Part shown: piece by piece, positions 11,301-23,592 of the stretch
Position numbering within the stretch: the stretch's first letter is position 1
Layout: each line of letters opens with the position of its first letter
The notes under the pieces: generated by a model
What the model was told of the DNA's origin: nothing
Database searches by the model: none
What the model saw: only the letters and a program-made list of their open reading frames with translations
From: Torpedo marmorata
Taxonomy: Eukaryota
Assembly (NCBI GenBank): GCA_977017645.1
Contig: OZ360241.1
Coordinates: forward strand, 52,018,001 to 52,082,000
DNA: 64,000 bases
Reading direction: 5' to 3'
Position numbers and translations under genes: made by a program

Positions 11301-12332
11301 CACCTGGTGTACTGTTGTTTATTCAATACAAGTAGTGAAACCTCATTATAAGCAGATCTGATACCACACTACAAACTGCCTCACCAGTCCTACCAGAAAA
11401 TCCAAGTTGTAATAAGAAAGCTTAATGATTGATGAAAAATAAATAAAAATTGTGAACTATTTAAACCATTGGGGCAGAAATTCATCCTTGGTTGCATTTG
11501 CTAAATCTGTGATGTAATAACTTGTGCACCTTGTGTTCTGCTTCCACAGTTTAGTTCTGTTGGAGTCAATAGAGCTGAATTTCAGAAACGGAGGGCAAAG
11601 TTCTCCTGGTAGTATAATCAATTTGTTTATTGACAACCAGATTTTGAATCCAGAGGGGCATAGGGCAGGATTGCAGCAGAGAACTGGTTGCTGCAGCATC
11701 GGGAGGAAAGGCCACAGGATCCATTATCCACTCAGCACGAACCAAGTTCCCATTTTGAGTGGATGTTGCGCCTTCTTTGATTCTGTGACACGGTGCTAGC
11801 CCAGACTCCTGGGGAGCCAGCACTGGCAGTAAACCTTTTACTACCTGACCAAGGGATCGGTCACCTGTAGCATTAGAAACCAAGTGATGTGGCGACATGA
11901 ATAGCCTCATTGACGACCGATGCAGACTCGATGGGAAAAGGGCTTGCTCCTATGCTGTATGTGTCTATGAATCACTTCCATTCTGCCAGCTTTAAGCATT
12001 CTTGCTGGTACAGTTCAAGAACAAGCAAAAACAAATTGGTGATTATGGTCAAGGCATATTGTGTGGCTGTGTTAATGTTACCATGAACCTTAGAAAAAAT
12101 TATGGGGAGCCAATGTCATTGGTCACATGGGGAATGCTGGAATGCAAATGAAATGAGAACTGGCAGCTTACTGCAAACTCCTGAACTCGAGTATCTTGGG
12201 AAGAATTGAAGTAATTAGGTATTTCAATTGTTATTTAAAAGACTATCAAACACCAATGTACAACTTTGGTCAACTGCACCATTCTCTGCCATTGCTTGCC
12301 CAAGTCATAGAAAAGCGAAACAATAAGTACAG

Positions 12333-12566
12333 TGTGGTGGAACACGGTACTGCGGGCATGTCCGGGCAAGTCCTCACTGGCTCACTGGGCTAACCTGTAG
12401 CCCCTCCCCATTAGATCCCCTAATAAAGGCTGAGAGCCCTAGTCTCCTCCCTTATACCTGCCTTGGACGTGAGCCAGAAGCATGTAGAGGCATGCCTGGG
12501 TTTTCTGATTAATAAAGCCTTTGATCACTTGCTTCGTGTCTGCGAGTGGTCATTGATCGCGCTACA
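12333..12566 (+). mobile_element. Solo LTR (Gypsy-like)
   Basis: TG...CA termini with short inverted repeat (TGTGGTG/CGCTACA), internal AATAAA, near-perfect 5 bp TSD TACAG/TTCAG. Confidence 0.65.
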
Positions 12567-13368
12567 TTCAGGTATTACACATCAGAATCTAATGGAACGC
12601 CAGAGTGCATTCTGTCATCTTATCAGTTTTCCCTTTTCTCTGTGTTATATCCTTCCACCACTCTCACTTCCACTCAGTGAACGAATGTCTGAAACTGACT
12701 CGTTCCATTAAGATTTTGCCTCCCAAAGGTGTTTCCCTCTACCCTGTAGATTTTTCAATTTGAACAAATTTTTTGTCACTTTTTGTAAAGACTGATAAAT
12801 GTTCGTAACACTCAAAACCAATACAGATTTCCAATGCCAAACTATGCAATTATGAACAAATTATGAAGTAATCCTTGCCTGTTTAATATTAATGATGTCT
12901 TACACTTTGGCATTTAAGCCATTAGTTATCCAATGAGTTTATTTATTATTAATATTTAAATCTATTTTCCATCCAAGGTGGGTAAGTGCCAGCTGGTTGT
13001 TCGAGACATTGAGCTGCCTTATTAAATATATGCATAGTCACTCGAATGTTGAGGGAAAGCATTAAGATTAAGAGGGTGCTCTCCATTACTGCTGGACTTG
13101 AACTTTCACACATTGAAGCTTGTGCTGAATCAAGGAGCAAAATAGAATACATATTACCTCCAGTTCACAGATGATGCAAAGGAGGAAATTGTCTAGACCG
13201 TGGGGAAAGGAGAATAAATGGAGAGATTTTGTTTTAAGAGATAAAATGAATGGCCTCTGTCAGTGCGACATTATTCTACACATCTATGATGCATTCAGTT
13301 AGGACTGCAAAATGTTGTTGTATTTCTACTTGATGAGAATGCCAGGCCTGCCTTCACCACGAAAAAGT

Positions 13369-14760
13369 CAGAATCAGAATCAGAATTTATTGTCATGAAC
13401 GTGTCACGAAATCTGTTGTTTTGCGGCAGCGTTACAGTGCGTAATGGCGGCGCTGCCGGAGCCGCTGGACCCGCGGGGAGCGTGGGAGCGGAGATACAGC
13501 GCTCCCACGGGGTCCAACCACCTAGTCGACTGCCGTTGGTTCCGCACGGGCTTTGAATGGCCCGTTAAAGGAGCCGACGGTGGTTTTATTTAAGATCTCG
13601 CAACCACGGGGTCTGCGCCCAAGATGGCAGCGCCTTTTAACCGGCAGCAGCCACGAGGGGCTGCAGATTCCAGGGAAGCGGAGGACTGGAGCAGGGCACC
13701 AGAGGACGGGAAGATCACCCCCCGTCTGAGAAGGAGAAGTGGAGGAGACAACCCACAGGACGGTGACCACAGCGGCGGACCGATGAGGAGCTCTGAGGCT
13801 GAAGGACCAGTGCATGCGGCGGGCTGCTGGCGACTCGAGGCGAGGAACCCGCGGAGGCTGTGGGCTGCTGGAGACTGCTGTCGGGGGACTCACGCCGGGC
13901 TGCAGACTGCTGGAGGCTGGCTCGAACTGGCTGGAGGAGTACCAGGTATTGGAATGCGAGGGGGTGCCGAGGGCGACCTGACCGTGTTGGAGGTTCGTAT
14001 CTGGAGCTCGCCATGCCGATCGTTTGGACTGGACTCTGTGTGGCTGCGGAGGCTGCGGAAGCGCTGGAGGCGAATCTATGGACACTCGATGACTCTGGGG
14101 GGACTCTCTTTTGCTTCTCTTTCTCTGACTGTAAGGAATGTTAGAGGTGCTTAGGCAATTTCTGCCAGTGGCGAATCTGTCTGGCTTGCAGCAGGCAAAA
14201 AGAAATTTCATGAAATATGACACTGTCTTATTACTATGACAATAAATTGAATCTTGAATCTTGAAAATATTGCTTTAAATTACATTTCAAAATAAAGAAA
14301 TAGTGCAAAAAAATAATGAGTAGTGTCTGTGGTTCATTGTCCATTCAGAAATCTGATGGCAGAAGGGAAGAAGCTCCTGTACCTCCTTCCTGATGGTAGC
14401 ATTGTGAAGAGGGCATGGCCTGGGTTGTGAGGGTCCTTGAGGATAGAAGCTGCTTTGTTCAGACACCGTCTCTTGTAGATGTCCTCGATGGAGTGAAGAC
14501 TGATGCCCGTGATATCACTGGCCAAGTTTACAACTCTCTGGAGTTTTATCCTGTCCTCTGCATTGGCACCTCCATACCAGACAGTGATGCAACCAGTCAG
14601 AATGCTCTCCATGGTACACCTGTAGAAATTTGAGAGTGTTTTGGTGACATACCAAATCTCCTCAAACTCCTCGCAAAGTATAGCCACTGGCGAGCCTTCT
14701 TCGTGATTGGATCGACATGGAGGCCCCAGGATAGATCCTCAGAGATATTGACACCTAGTA
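13369..14760 (-). mobile_element. Rex1/Babar LINE 3' fragment, split by an insertion at 13441-14263
   Basis: ORF 14334-14687 (NFYRCTMESILTGCITVWYGG...KDPHNPGHALFTMLPSGRRYRS); 3' UTR continues across the insertion as in the intact copy at 22512-22930. Confidence 0.88.
13441..14263 (+). mobile_element. GC/CpG-rich non-autonomous non-LTR retroelement, copy 1
   Basis: Near-identical to 20960-21824 (inverted); ends TGACAATAAATTGAATCTTGAATCTTG; interrupts a Rex1 3' UTR. Confidence 0.8.
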
Positions 14761-16705
14761 GAGTAGAGATGGCAGTGCTTAAATTTCTTCCACAGAGCTT
14801 ACTGGTTTTGGAATGGGTTTTGTTTGCAAATCCTAATCCCTCATCCTTTTCTCAACATTCTTCCTTCATGCAGCTCAAAATTATAAAATCCAATTGAAGT
14901 TATTCTTGAACGTGGTAAAGAGTTATTGGCAAGATGTTTAAAAGGCAAAAGGGAGTGACAGATGAAATTCAATGTATGTAGGTGGGAGGGGCATATTTTG
15001 GCACAATGATAAAATATTGGCCTGGAATTTCTAGCCGCTGATGAACCTATTGCGCTAAGAAAAGATCTAGTCATTTTCCTTTTCTGAGGTTTCCTTTTCA
15101 TTGTGGTCAGATTACACCATCCAGCAGTTCTGAGGTAATCAATCTCTCTAAGCCAATCACATTGAATTATTCTCATAATAATGAGGACCAATCAGGAAGG
15201 ATAATGCATGATTTTTAATTAAGATTTTACACTCTGCGAAAAGAAAATTAGAACACGCCAAAAATATTTTGTTTTGTTTTTATTTTGAATCCCTTTCAAT
15301 AATACGATGTCTTTCAGACGAGGATGTAGGAACACTGAGAGCAGAGGTCGTGGGATCCATCGTCCATATATCCAGCCTCAGCTGAGACCAGGTCCTTTTT
15401 GTGGGCATCATGTCGGTTTTGATCCGTGTCTCGGGATGTAAGTTTCCACTTCCATCCCTCCCACTTTATACTCTGCCAGCAGAGTTTGATCAAAAACTCT
15501 GTCTGCAAAACAAATTACAACTTGAGGCCCAAAGCTGGCTTGACCCTTGGATCTTCTGAACTGAAGATCTGTCACGTGGCTGGAGAAAACACAAGCCCCA
15601 CTCATAACATTGCCACGGCCATATCCTTGTTTTTAAACGGCAGGTGCCACACTTTTCGTCTTGAAAAGATGGTCACCCACATTGTGTCCCTGAGGAAGTC
15701 GCTGACAGAGGCAGACGGGAAGAGGATGAGACAGCAGAAGAACAGCTCCAAGCCACCATTCCAACAAGTTTCAGTGTAACAGCACACAGGCGCATGAGGA
15801 ATTCTGCAGCAATGTTAAATAGCCATGTTTTGGAGTGGAAGGGAAAAGAGAAGGGAATCCGGTAGAAATGCAAGAGGTAGGGAGATTACCTCATCTTAAA
15901 AAAAAAAGCAGGTCTCCAAATAGCATTACATGAAAAATAATTATACGAACAGGGATTTTTTTTTTAGAAAATGTTTGGGATATTTTTTAGAAACCTGCAA
16001 CAAAATGATGATCATGAAGAAAAAAAATAGGAGTTCACAGCAATTAGGTACTTCTAACTGAGATTTGACAAGGAATAGATTAAAAGGAGGTTGTTTATTT
16101 GTGTGAGGACAGGATGAAGTTGTGCCAAGAGAGATTTTTCCCTCGTCCTTCAGGGACAGATGCAGCACTTCAGCCATAAATTATCAGTGAAATTCTGAAT
16201 TGTATCCCATGGGACCATATTCTCCATAATGTGCCTTCAACAGCTGCAGACCCTTTCTCATTCCATTGGAGCTGTCAATGTGACCAATCAGAGAGCGGGC
16301 AAACTTTCAAACTGCTGTTGAAACTTTCAATACTTGTTTTCTTTTCATAGATTCATGGAACTGCAAGGGGTAATGTTGACTGTGAAAATACTGGAATGCC
16401 ATAAAAATCCATCTGGTTCACTAAATATTCTTTGGGGAAGGAAATCTGTCATCCTTGCCCAACATGGCCGAAATGTGACGCCAGACACACTGCATTGTGG
16501 TTAAATCTTATTCCCTCTGACACATCCCAAGAAGCTGTTTGTTCAAGAGCAGTTAAGGGCGGGTAATAAATGCCGCCCTAAGAGTCGCTACTCTCTGTCC
16601 CTTGTGTGAATTAAGAAAGAATTGAGGTGATGCAGCAGAGAAAATCGTCCAGTCCAGTTTGGGAATCCAATCACCTGGATCCTATTTTGGTGAAGTGCAT
16701 CATCT

Positions 16706-17240
16706 CAGAATCAGGTCTATTGTCATGAACATGCATCATGAAATTTGTTGTTTTGCAGCAGCTGTATTGTGCAGAACAAGGTGCAAAAAATTACTGTATA
16801 TGACAATTTCGTAGATGCAAGATTTTAAAAAATAAATAAGCAGTGCAAAAAGAGAGGAAGTTGGGTAGTGTCCAGAGGTTAATTGTCCGTTCAGAAATCT
16901 CATGGCAGAGGGGAAGAAGCTGTTTTTGTGATGTTCGGTGTGCATCTTCAGGCTCCTGTACCTCCTTCCTGATGGTAGCAATGAGAAAAGGGCATGGTCT
17001 GGATGGTGATGGTCCTTGATGATAGATGCTGCTTTTTTGAGGCACTGCCTCTGAAAGATGCCATTAATGGAGTGAAGACTAATGCCCATGATGGAGCTGG
17101 CATCTGTAGCCTGCTCCTCACCTGTGCATTGGCACCTCCATACCTGACAGTGATGCAACCAGTCAGAATGCTCTCCACGGTACACCTGTAGAAATTTGCA
17201 AGAGTCTTTGGTGACATACCAAATCTCCTCAAACTCCGAA
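16706..17240 (-). mobile_element. Rex1/Babar LINE 3' fragment
   Basis: LRRFGMSPKTLANFYRCTVESILTGCITV...KDHHHPDHALFSLLPSGRRYRS. Confidence 0.88.
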
Positions 17241-17475
17241 CTCCGTTTTTAAGCAGCACAATGCCAAATTTAAAATATGGAACCCCACTTCAGGCATAAA
17301 GCATACAATAGTTTTGAAGGTTAGTTGAGCGAAGCAGTAAACTTCTGCTGACAATGGAAAACCAGCAAATGGAGACTCTGTTGCTGTGAGAGTGGGCAAT
17401 AGCATATCACCTAAGAGAGAGCAGGATGTGGATGAGGCATTTGGCCAAACTGCCCTCCAGGCTAATGCTGCTCTC

Positions 17476-18198
17476 AAATTTAAGTTCTTGGGAGTCACTA
17501 TCTCGGAAGATATTTCCTGGACCCAACACACCAATGGCATCGTGAAGAAAGCACGTCAGCGCCTCTACTTCCTCAGGAGCTTGCAGAGGTTTGGTATGAC
17601 ATCAGAAACCCTGGCAAACTTCTACAGAGGTGTGGTGGAAAGTATGCTGACCGGCTGCATCACGGCCTGGTATGGGAACACCAATTCCCCTGAGCATAAA
17701 GCCCTCCAAAAGGTAGTGGACATTACTGGCAAAACCCTCCCCACTATTGAGTACATCTACAGGAAACGCTGCCGTTGGAGGGCAGCAGCAATCATCAAAG
17801 ACCCACACCACCCAGCACACGCTCTGTTCTCGCTGCTGCCATCAGGAGAGAGGTATAGGTGCCACAAGACTCGCACCACCAGGTTTAGGAACAGCTGCTA
17901 CCCTTCTACCATCAGAATCCTCAACGAGAAAGTCAAATTAGAGACTCATTTAAGGACTCTTACTCGTGCACTTTATTGATTTTTCTTTGCCCTCTCTGTA
18001 TTGCAGTCAGTTTCATTTTCAGTTCCATTCATTACCTGTTAGCAGTTCTTTTGATTGTTTACATGTTTACGCTGTGTACAGTTACTTTTGCACTACCAAT
18101 TAGTAGTAATTCTGCTGCGCCCGCAGGAAAAAGAATCTTAGGGTTGTATGTGACGTCATGTATGTACTCTGACAATAAATCTGATATCTGAATCTGAA
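17476..18198 (+). mobile_element. Rex1/Babar LINE 3' fragment (second subfamily)
   Basis: FKFLGVTISEDISWTQHTNGIVKKARQRLYFLRSLQRFG (DUF1891-like); tail TGACAATAAATCTGATATCTGAATCTGAA. Confidence 0.9.
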
Positions 18199-18979
18199 AA
18201 ATCAGGCAGCAATTCACTGACATCCAGGGATGGGGGAATAGGTGATGGAGATTCCTTTGACAAGAAACATAACAAAATCCAGTCTGTTTTTTGACACAAG
18301 TATATTTGGTAATGCATGGTATTGAAATGCAGTGATCTTCCTTTCATCTCCTATTCCATTCAACACTGCTTCACACAAATATTTGATGTTTTCAAGCACA
18401 TAAAGTTACATATTCATTTTAAAATTATGTTGTGAATGTGTGTTCTAAGACTCCGGGTGCCGAGAAAATGTGATAAATATCTTCACTTGTGAGATTGACC
18501 ATTACTCATGAGCAGTTTTGCTGCCTGTGAGTTATCTGATCTGCACTCTGCACCGATTTATCTAGTGGCCTTGACATATTCTGTTTAATATGTGTACTGA
18601 CCAAAGACTTACCCGGTAATCTATTGCAAGTTTCCCTGATAAATTAATTGTAATGTCTCAGCTGGTGAAGTTTTAGCTGCTGATGGAGGAGTCACGAGAG
18701 GCCTTGGAATGGGGAAAGAGGAATAATCCTGCCCTACTCCCCATTCCAAATTGGTGACTCTGCTTGGAATGCGGATGATTGATTAAGGACAGGATCAGAA
18801 TTAGCCATCACAACGTGCACACTTGTCCACATTCACTGGCACTGAACGACAATCTCCATCTGAGCCAAGTACAAGAGAATAGCTGGTGCTCGTGAGGCTG
18901 CTTGCAACAAAATTGCTCGTTTGATAATAGTTTGCCTTTCATTTGCAGTTTGTGGGTTCCAGTTTTATTTCAAGGAAAT

Positions 18980-19330
18980 TCTATGCTGATGTCACAGTGC
19001 AGTACTGCAGGAGTGCAGTTTTGTAGGAGATACCATCTTACAGATGCAACATTAAACAGAGACACAGGCCTGTCCTCTCAGGTGGACTTAAAAAGATCCC
19101 ATGCGACTATTTTAAGGAAGAGCTTGGGGCTCCTTCCGAGAACCTGCCTATAATTTATCACTTGACCAGCATCGCTGTCAGAGGAACTGGTCATTCCTCA
19201 CAAGATTTTAGCGGGAGCTTCCAGTGCATAAATTGGCTGCTGTGCTTCTTACATTGAAGCAGTGATTATACTTCAAAAGGTTTTGGGGTACATTGGAATG
19301 TCCTGAGGTTGTGTAAGGTGCTTTATTTTG
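18980..19330 (+). mobile_element. Deu-domain SINE-like element
   Basis: CAGTGCAGTACTG..GGAGTGC..CTCTCAGGTGGACTTAAAAGATCCCATG..; tail ..TCCTGAGGTTGTGTAAGGTGCT. Confidence 0.6.
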
Positions 19331-20394
19331 GAGAAGGCACAGGAAATTTATGTTTGAAAATTTGGTCTTCGATTGACATTTTGGACACAATCTTATAATG
19401 GCAGAGATGCAACCATCACTGTTTATACAGGTAGTAGGCACATGCGATCTAACCAAGAATGATTTGTAGGCTGTACATTAATTTCAGGGTTTGGATGACA
19501 AGTGATAAATCACTTGTGCTTAGTTCTTGTAATTTATGACATAATACAAAGCTCTCAATGAGATTACAGCTGCCTAATCCTATTCTCTTTATTCTATGGT
19601 TAGTGATTAGTAATTTATTTTATCACCCGATGGAGATCAAAGGTGATAACTCACACATGTGTGATGTCACTTTGTGATAACTACCATTGCTTTCTAATCT
19701 CTTTTAAAAAGAATCCTGGCAATTGTGCTGTTGCCTAAATTACTCTAGGTTGAGCTGTCTACCAGTAATAGCGAATGCTTGCACTGGAATGGTATGCGTG
19801 ATAGATCTCTCCCAGATCCTGCAGTCACAGAGGTGCTATTATCAATCTGAAGAACCCACTGGTGTGTTTTGATTGAAAACAATGAGACTCCAAATTTAAC
19901 CCGTAAATCATTGGGTTGACCTCCGGAATTCTGCTTGGGAATTCACAGTTCAGGAGTTGGCATTGCAGGGAGTTAGTGCTGATGCACAGTTTGATCAATG
20001 CAAGAGCTGATTCCCCTCCCAGCGCCAGTGTGCAATCACTTCCCTGGAGAGTCACTGGACAGCTCCACAAGAGTTCTTCCCTGCCGAAACCTCTAGAACT
20101 AGACCTGTGATGGGGTACAGTCATGTAATCATTCGGGTGTTGGACAGGTTCTGCAGCCAGAGTTCTGGACAACTGGGCCAGAAACACGACTTCGAAACCC
20201 AGCTGACGAATTTAACCAAGTAATCAAATAAATCAGGAAATAAAGTCAGCTCCAGTAATGGTAACCATAACAATGCTAGATTGTTGTAAACCCTCACCCC
20301 CTCATCTGGCTTGCTAATGTTCTTGAGGTAATGGTAAAACTTACTGAGCCTAGGTCATAAGTGACTCCAGATCTCCAACCATGTGCATTGCACA

Positions 20395-20482
20395 AAAGTG
20401 CCAGAGAAACTCAGCCGGTCACATCGCATTCAGAGGAAGTAAAAGGCAATCATCATTTTGGGCCTGAACCCTTCATCAGGAA
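20395..20482 (-). mobile_element. Degenerate Penelope pLTR stub with CTGATGA hammerhead-like core
   Basis: Minus strand CCTGATGAAGGGTTCAGGCCCAAAATG...GCTGAGTTTCTCTGGCA. Confidence 0.6.
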
Positions 20483-20959
20483 TTATCCCCAAATTTATCC
20501 CAAACTATACGGTTGGCTTTTAACTGTCTCCTTAATTCTAGTGCAATTAGGGATGGACAATAAATGCCATTGATGATCCTGACATCTACTACCTAATAAC
20601 GAATAAATAAAAAGCATTGAAGGCAGGCTGCATTGTCTAATGTCCAACAGGAGCCCAGAAACAAGTACTCTATTTTGGGCTTTGGCGCCACAAGAGATTT
20701 CCATGTGGCAGAAACATTTCTCCAAGGACCTTCTCAGACTCCTAGGGTTGGGTGAAGGAACGTTCTTGACAAAAGGCAATCCCTGGCTTGCAAGGATTCA
20801 AAATGGAGGAGAAGCTTCCAGGAAGGCAAAGAGGGGTTCAAGTCATAGTGTCATAAAACATTTTGCCCCACCAAATCCATGCCAATTTCAAGCACCCATT
20901 TATACTAATCCTACATAAATCTCACATTTATACTCTCCATGTTCTTACCCCACCCAATC

Positions 20960-21824
20960 CAAGATTTCAAGATTCAATTTATTGTCATAGTAATAAGACA
21001 GTGTCATATTCCATGAAATTTCTTTTTGCCTGCTGCCAGGCAGACAGATTCGCCACCGGCAGAAATTGCCTAAGCGCCTCTAACATTCCTTACAGTCAGA
21101 GAAAGAGAAGCAAAAGAGAGTCCCCCCAGAGTCACCAAGTGTCCATAGATTCGCCTCCAGCGCTTCCGCAGCCTCCGCAGCCACACAGAGTCCGGTCCAA
21201 ACCATCGGCAACCCGAGTTCCAGATCCGAACCTCCAACACTGTCAGGTCGCCCTCGGCACCCCCTTGAATCCCGGTTCCGATACCTGGTACTCCTCCAGC
21301 CAGTTCGAGCCAGCCTCCAGCAGTCCGCAGCCCGGCGTGAGTCCCCCGACAGCAGTCTCCAGCAGCCCACAGCCTCCGCGGGTTCCTCGCCTCAAGTCGC
21401 CAGCAGCCCGCCGCATGCACTGGTCCTTCAGCCTCAGAGCCCATCACCGGTCCGCCGCCGTGGTCACCGTCCCGTGGGTCGTCTCCTCCGTTTCTCCTTC
21501 TCAGACGGGGGGGTGATCTTCCCGTCCTCTGGTGCCCTGCTCCAGTCCTCCGCTTCCCCGAAGTCTGCAGCCCCTCGTGGCTGCTGCCGGTTAAAAGGCG
21601 CTGCCATCTTGGGTGCAGACCCCGTGGTAGCGGGATCTTAAATAAAACCACCGTCGACTCCTTTAATGGGCCGTTCAAAGCCCGTGCGGAACTGACGGCA
21701 GTCGACTGGGCTGTTGGACCCCGCGGGAGCGCTGTATCTCCGCTCCCACGCTCCCCGCAGGTCCGCACCAGCGGCAGCGCTGCCGCTACAGTGGCTCTGG
21801 CAGCTTCGCCATCGCCGCCGAATC
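20960..21824 (-). mobile_element. GC/CpG-rich non-autonomous non-LTR retroelement, copy 2
   Basis: Reverse complement of 13441-14263 with a slightly longer 5' end. Confidence 0.8.
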
Positions 21825-21844
21825 CAGGTTCCACCTGCAGATTA

Positions 21845-22030
21845 GAGGCAATTTACAGAGGCTAATTAGCCTACAAACATGCATGATTTAGGATTGTGAA
21901 CTGGAGCATCCGTAGGAAAACCACACAGTCACAAGGGTAACGTGCAAACTCCACACAGATAACATCAGAGGTCAGGACTGAACTGAGGTCGCGGGAGGTA
22001 GCAGCCCTACAAATTGCACCAATGTGTCAC
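21845..22030 (-). mobile_element. Old V-SINE fragment
   Basis: Minus strand GTGTGGAGTTTGCACGTTACCCTTGTGACTGTGTGGTTTTCCTACGGATGCTCCAGTT. Confidence 0.6.
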
Positions 22031-22511
22031 TGTAAATATTGGAGTGTATGGAGGCTACTCACAAGCAGTGGAAAGAATGCAGATTATCCCACACTACCCA
22101 CCGGTGACAGTCTGCAAAGTTTATCCATCATAGAGCCGAGAAACTGAAATGGAAGCCGAGCTTTCTCAATTCCAAGAGAAAGGAGAAGGTCACAATGTCA
22201 CAGCCAGCCACTGGAATGAGGAATTGTGCCAGGAAACATCATATGGCATTTTGCCCATGATTATTTATCTTCTTCTTGAGCAGGTTCCTCAGGGTCAAGG
22301 GTAACTTGCTTCTGCTCCAATTCTGTGGGTTCTAAGATGACTGACCAATGTTGTCACTGCATAATCTGCCACAGGAGGGGCAGGAAGTGCTTATTAGGGT
22401 AGGCAGGTGCATCATATGGGAGGTTGAAGTTCCCAAGTTCTCAATGGCATCCTGAAAATTCCTTCTCCAGCTTCACTGGTCGTGGGTCAGAGTTGATGGG
22501 AAGTTGCATTT

Positions 22512-22930
22512 TCAGAATCAGAATTTATTGTCATGAACATGTCACGAAATTTGTTGTTTTGTGGCAGCATCACAGTACAAATATTGCTATAAATTACATT
22601 TCAAAATAAATAGTGCAAGAAAATAGGATAAAGTGGGGTAGTGTCTGTGGTTCATTGTTCATTCAGAAATCTGATGGCAGCAGGGAAGAAGCTGTCCTTG
22701 TGCCGTTGAGTGCTCATCTTCAGGCTCCTGTACATTTTTCCTGATGGTAACAGAGTGAAGAGGGCATGGCCTGGGTGGTGAGGGTCCTTGAGGATAGAGG
22801 CTGCTTTCTGAAGACACTGCCTCTTGTAGATGTCCTCGATGGAGTGAAGACTGGTGCCTGTGATGTTGCTGGCCAAATTAACAACTCTCTGGAGTTTTTT
22901 CATGTCCTGTGCATTAGCACCTTCATTGGC
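22512..22930 (-). mobile_element. Rex1/Babar LINE 3' fragment
   Basis: ORF 22652-22903 KKLQRVVNLASNITG...HKDSFFPAAIRFLN plus (TCTGAT)n tail. Confidence 0.88.
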
Positions 22931-23434
22931 ACTTCCTAATGAGGTCTTGAGAAGATCATTACTAAAAGATCACAGAAAAACAGGGGATTATACAAACATA
23001 TAAGCCAGCATAAAGAAAGCTGAAACTACAAGAAAAAACACGATAAAAACAGCAATCTGGATGCTAACCGAACACCTTGGATGGCTAGACTGGAAGCAGG
23101 GTGGACTTCCTTTTCTGAAGGACATTTGTGAACTATATTTTTTTAAATAGTTTCATAGTTATCATTATTGATATTAGGCATTTTAATTCTAGATAAATTT
23201 TGCCTGAAAATAAAATCTCCAACTGCCATGATGTCCCCAGTTCAATGTTACATTTAATTTAGCCAGTAACCTACTGTGCACTATTAAGCTGTGGATACTC
23301 CTATTTTGACTTCAGGAATGGCAAAATACTTGGTATTTTCCTGAATTATAAAAAATTAAATTAAAATTACTACAGTGTAATTGTAATTAAAATATTAAAA
23401 ATTTATTTACAGCATGCCTCCAATTTCATCCAAA

Positions 23435-23592
23435 TTAACCGACAACGTTGTTTTGGAGGGTGGGAGGGAATTGGAGTACCCAGGGAAAACCTACGCAGGC
23501 ACGGGGAGAATGTACAAACTCCTTACAGACAGAGCCGGATTCGAACCCGGGTCGCTGGCGCTGTAATAGCGTCACGCTAACTGTGCCGCCCA
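23435..23592 (-). mobile_element. V-SINE, 5' part
   Basis: Reverse complement of the tRNA head and V domain seen at 5958-6120. Confidence 0.82.

Noticed and set aside
11457-11910. Overlapping 80-114 aa ORFs in a moderately GC-rich stretch
   Set aside because: No recognisable domain or convincing splice signals.
13522-14223. Long overlapping ORFs on both strands of the GC-rich element (also 20863-21834)
   Set aside because: No recognisable domain, GC-rich sequence is stop-poor, and a homopolymer indel shifts the frame between the two copies.
15426-15873. Cluster of 60-117 aa ORFs, with a faint 5S-like stretch near 15520-15570 (minus)
   Set aside because: No recognisable homology; the 5S similarity is too weak to support.
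17386-17979. 197 aa ORF as a possible host gene
   Set aside because: 5'-truncated Rex1/Babar RT C-terminus fused by chance to flanking sequence.
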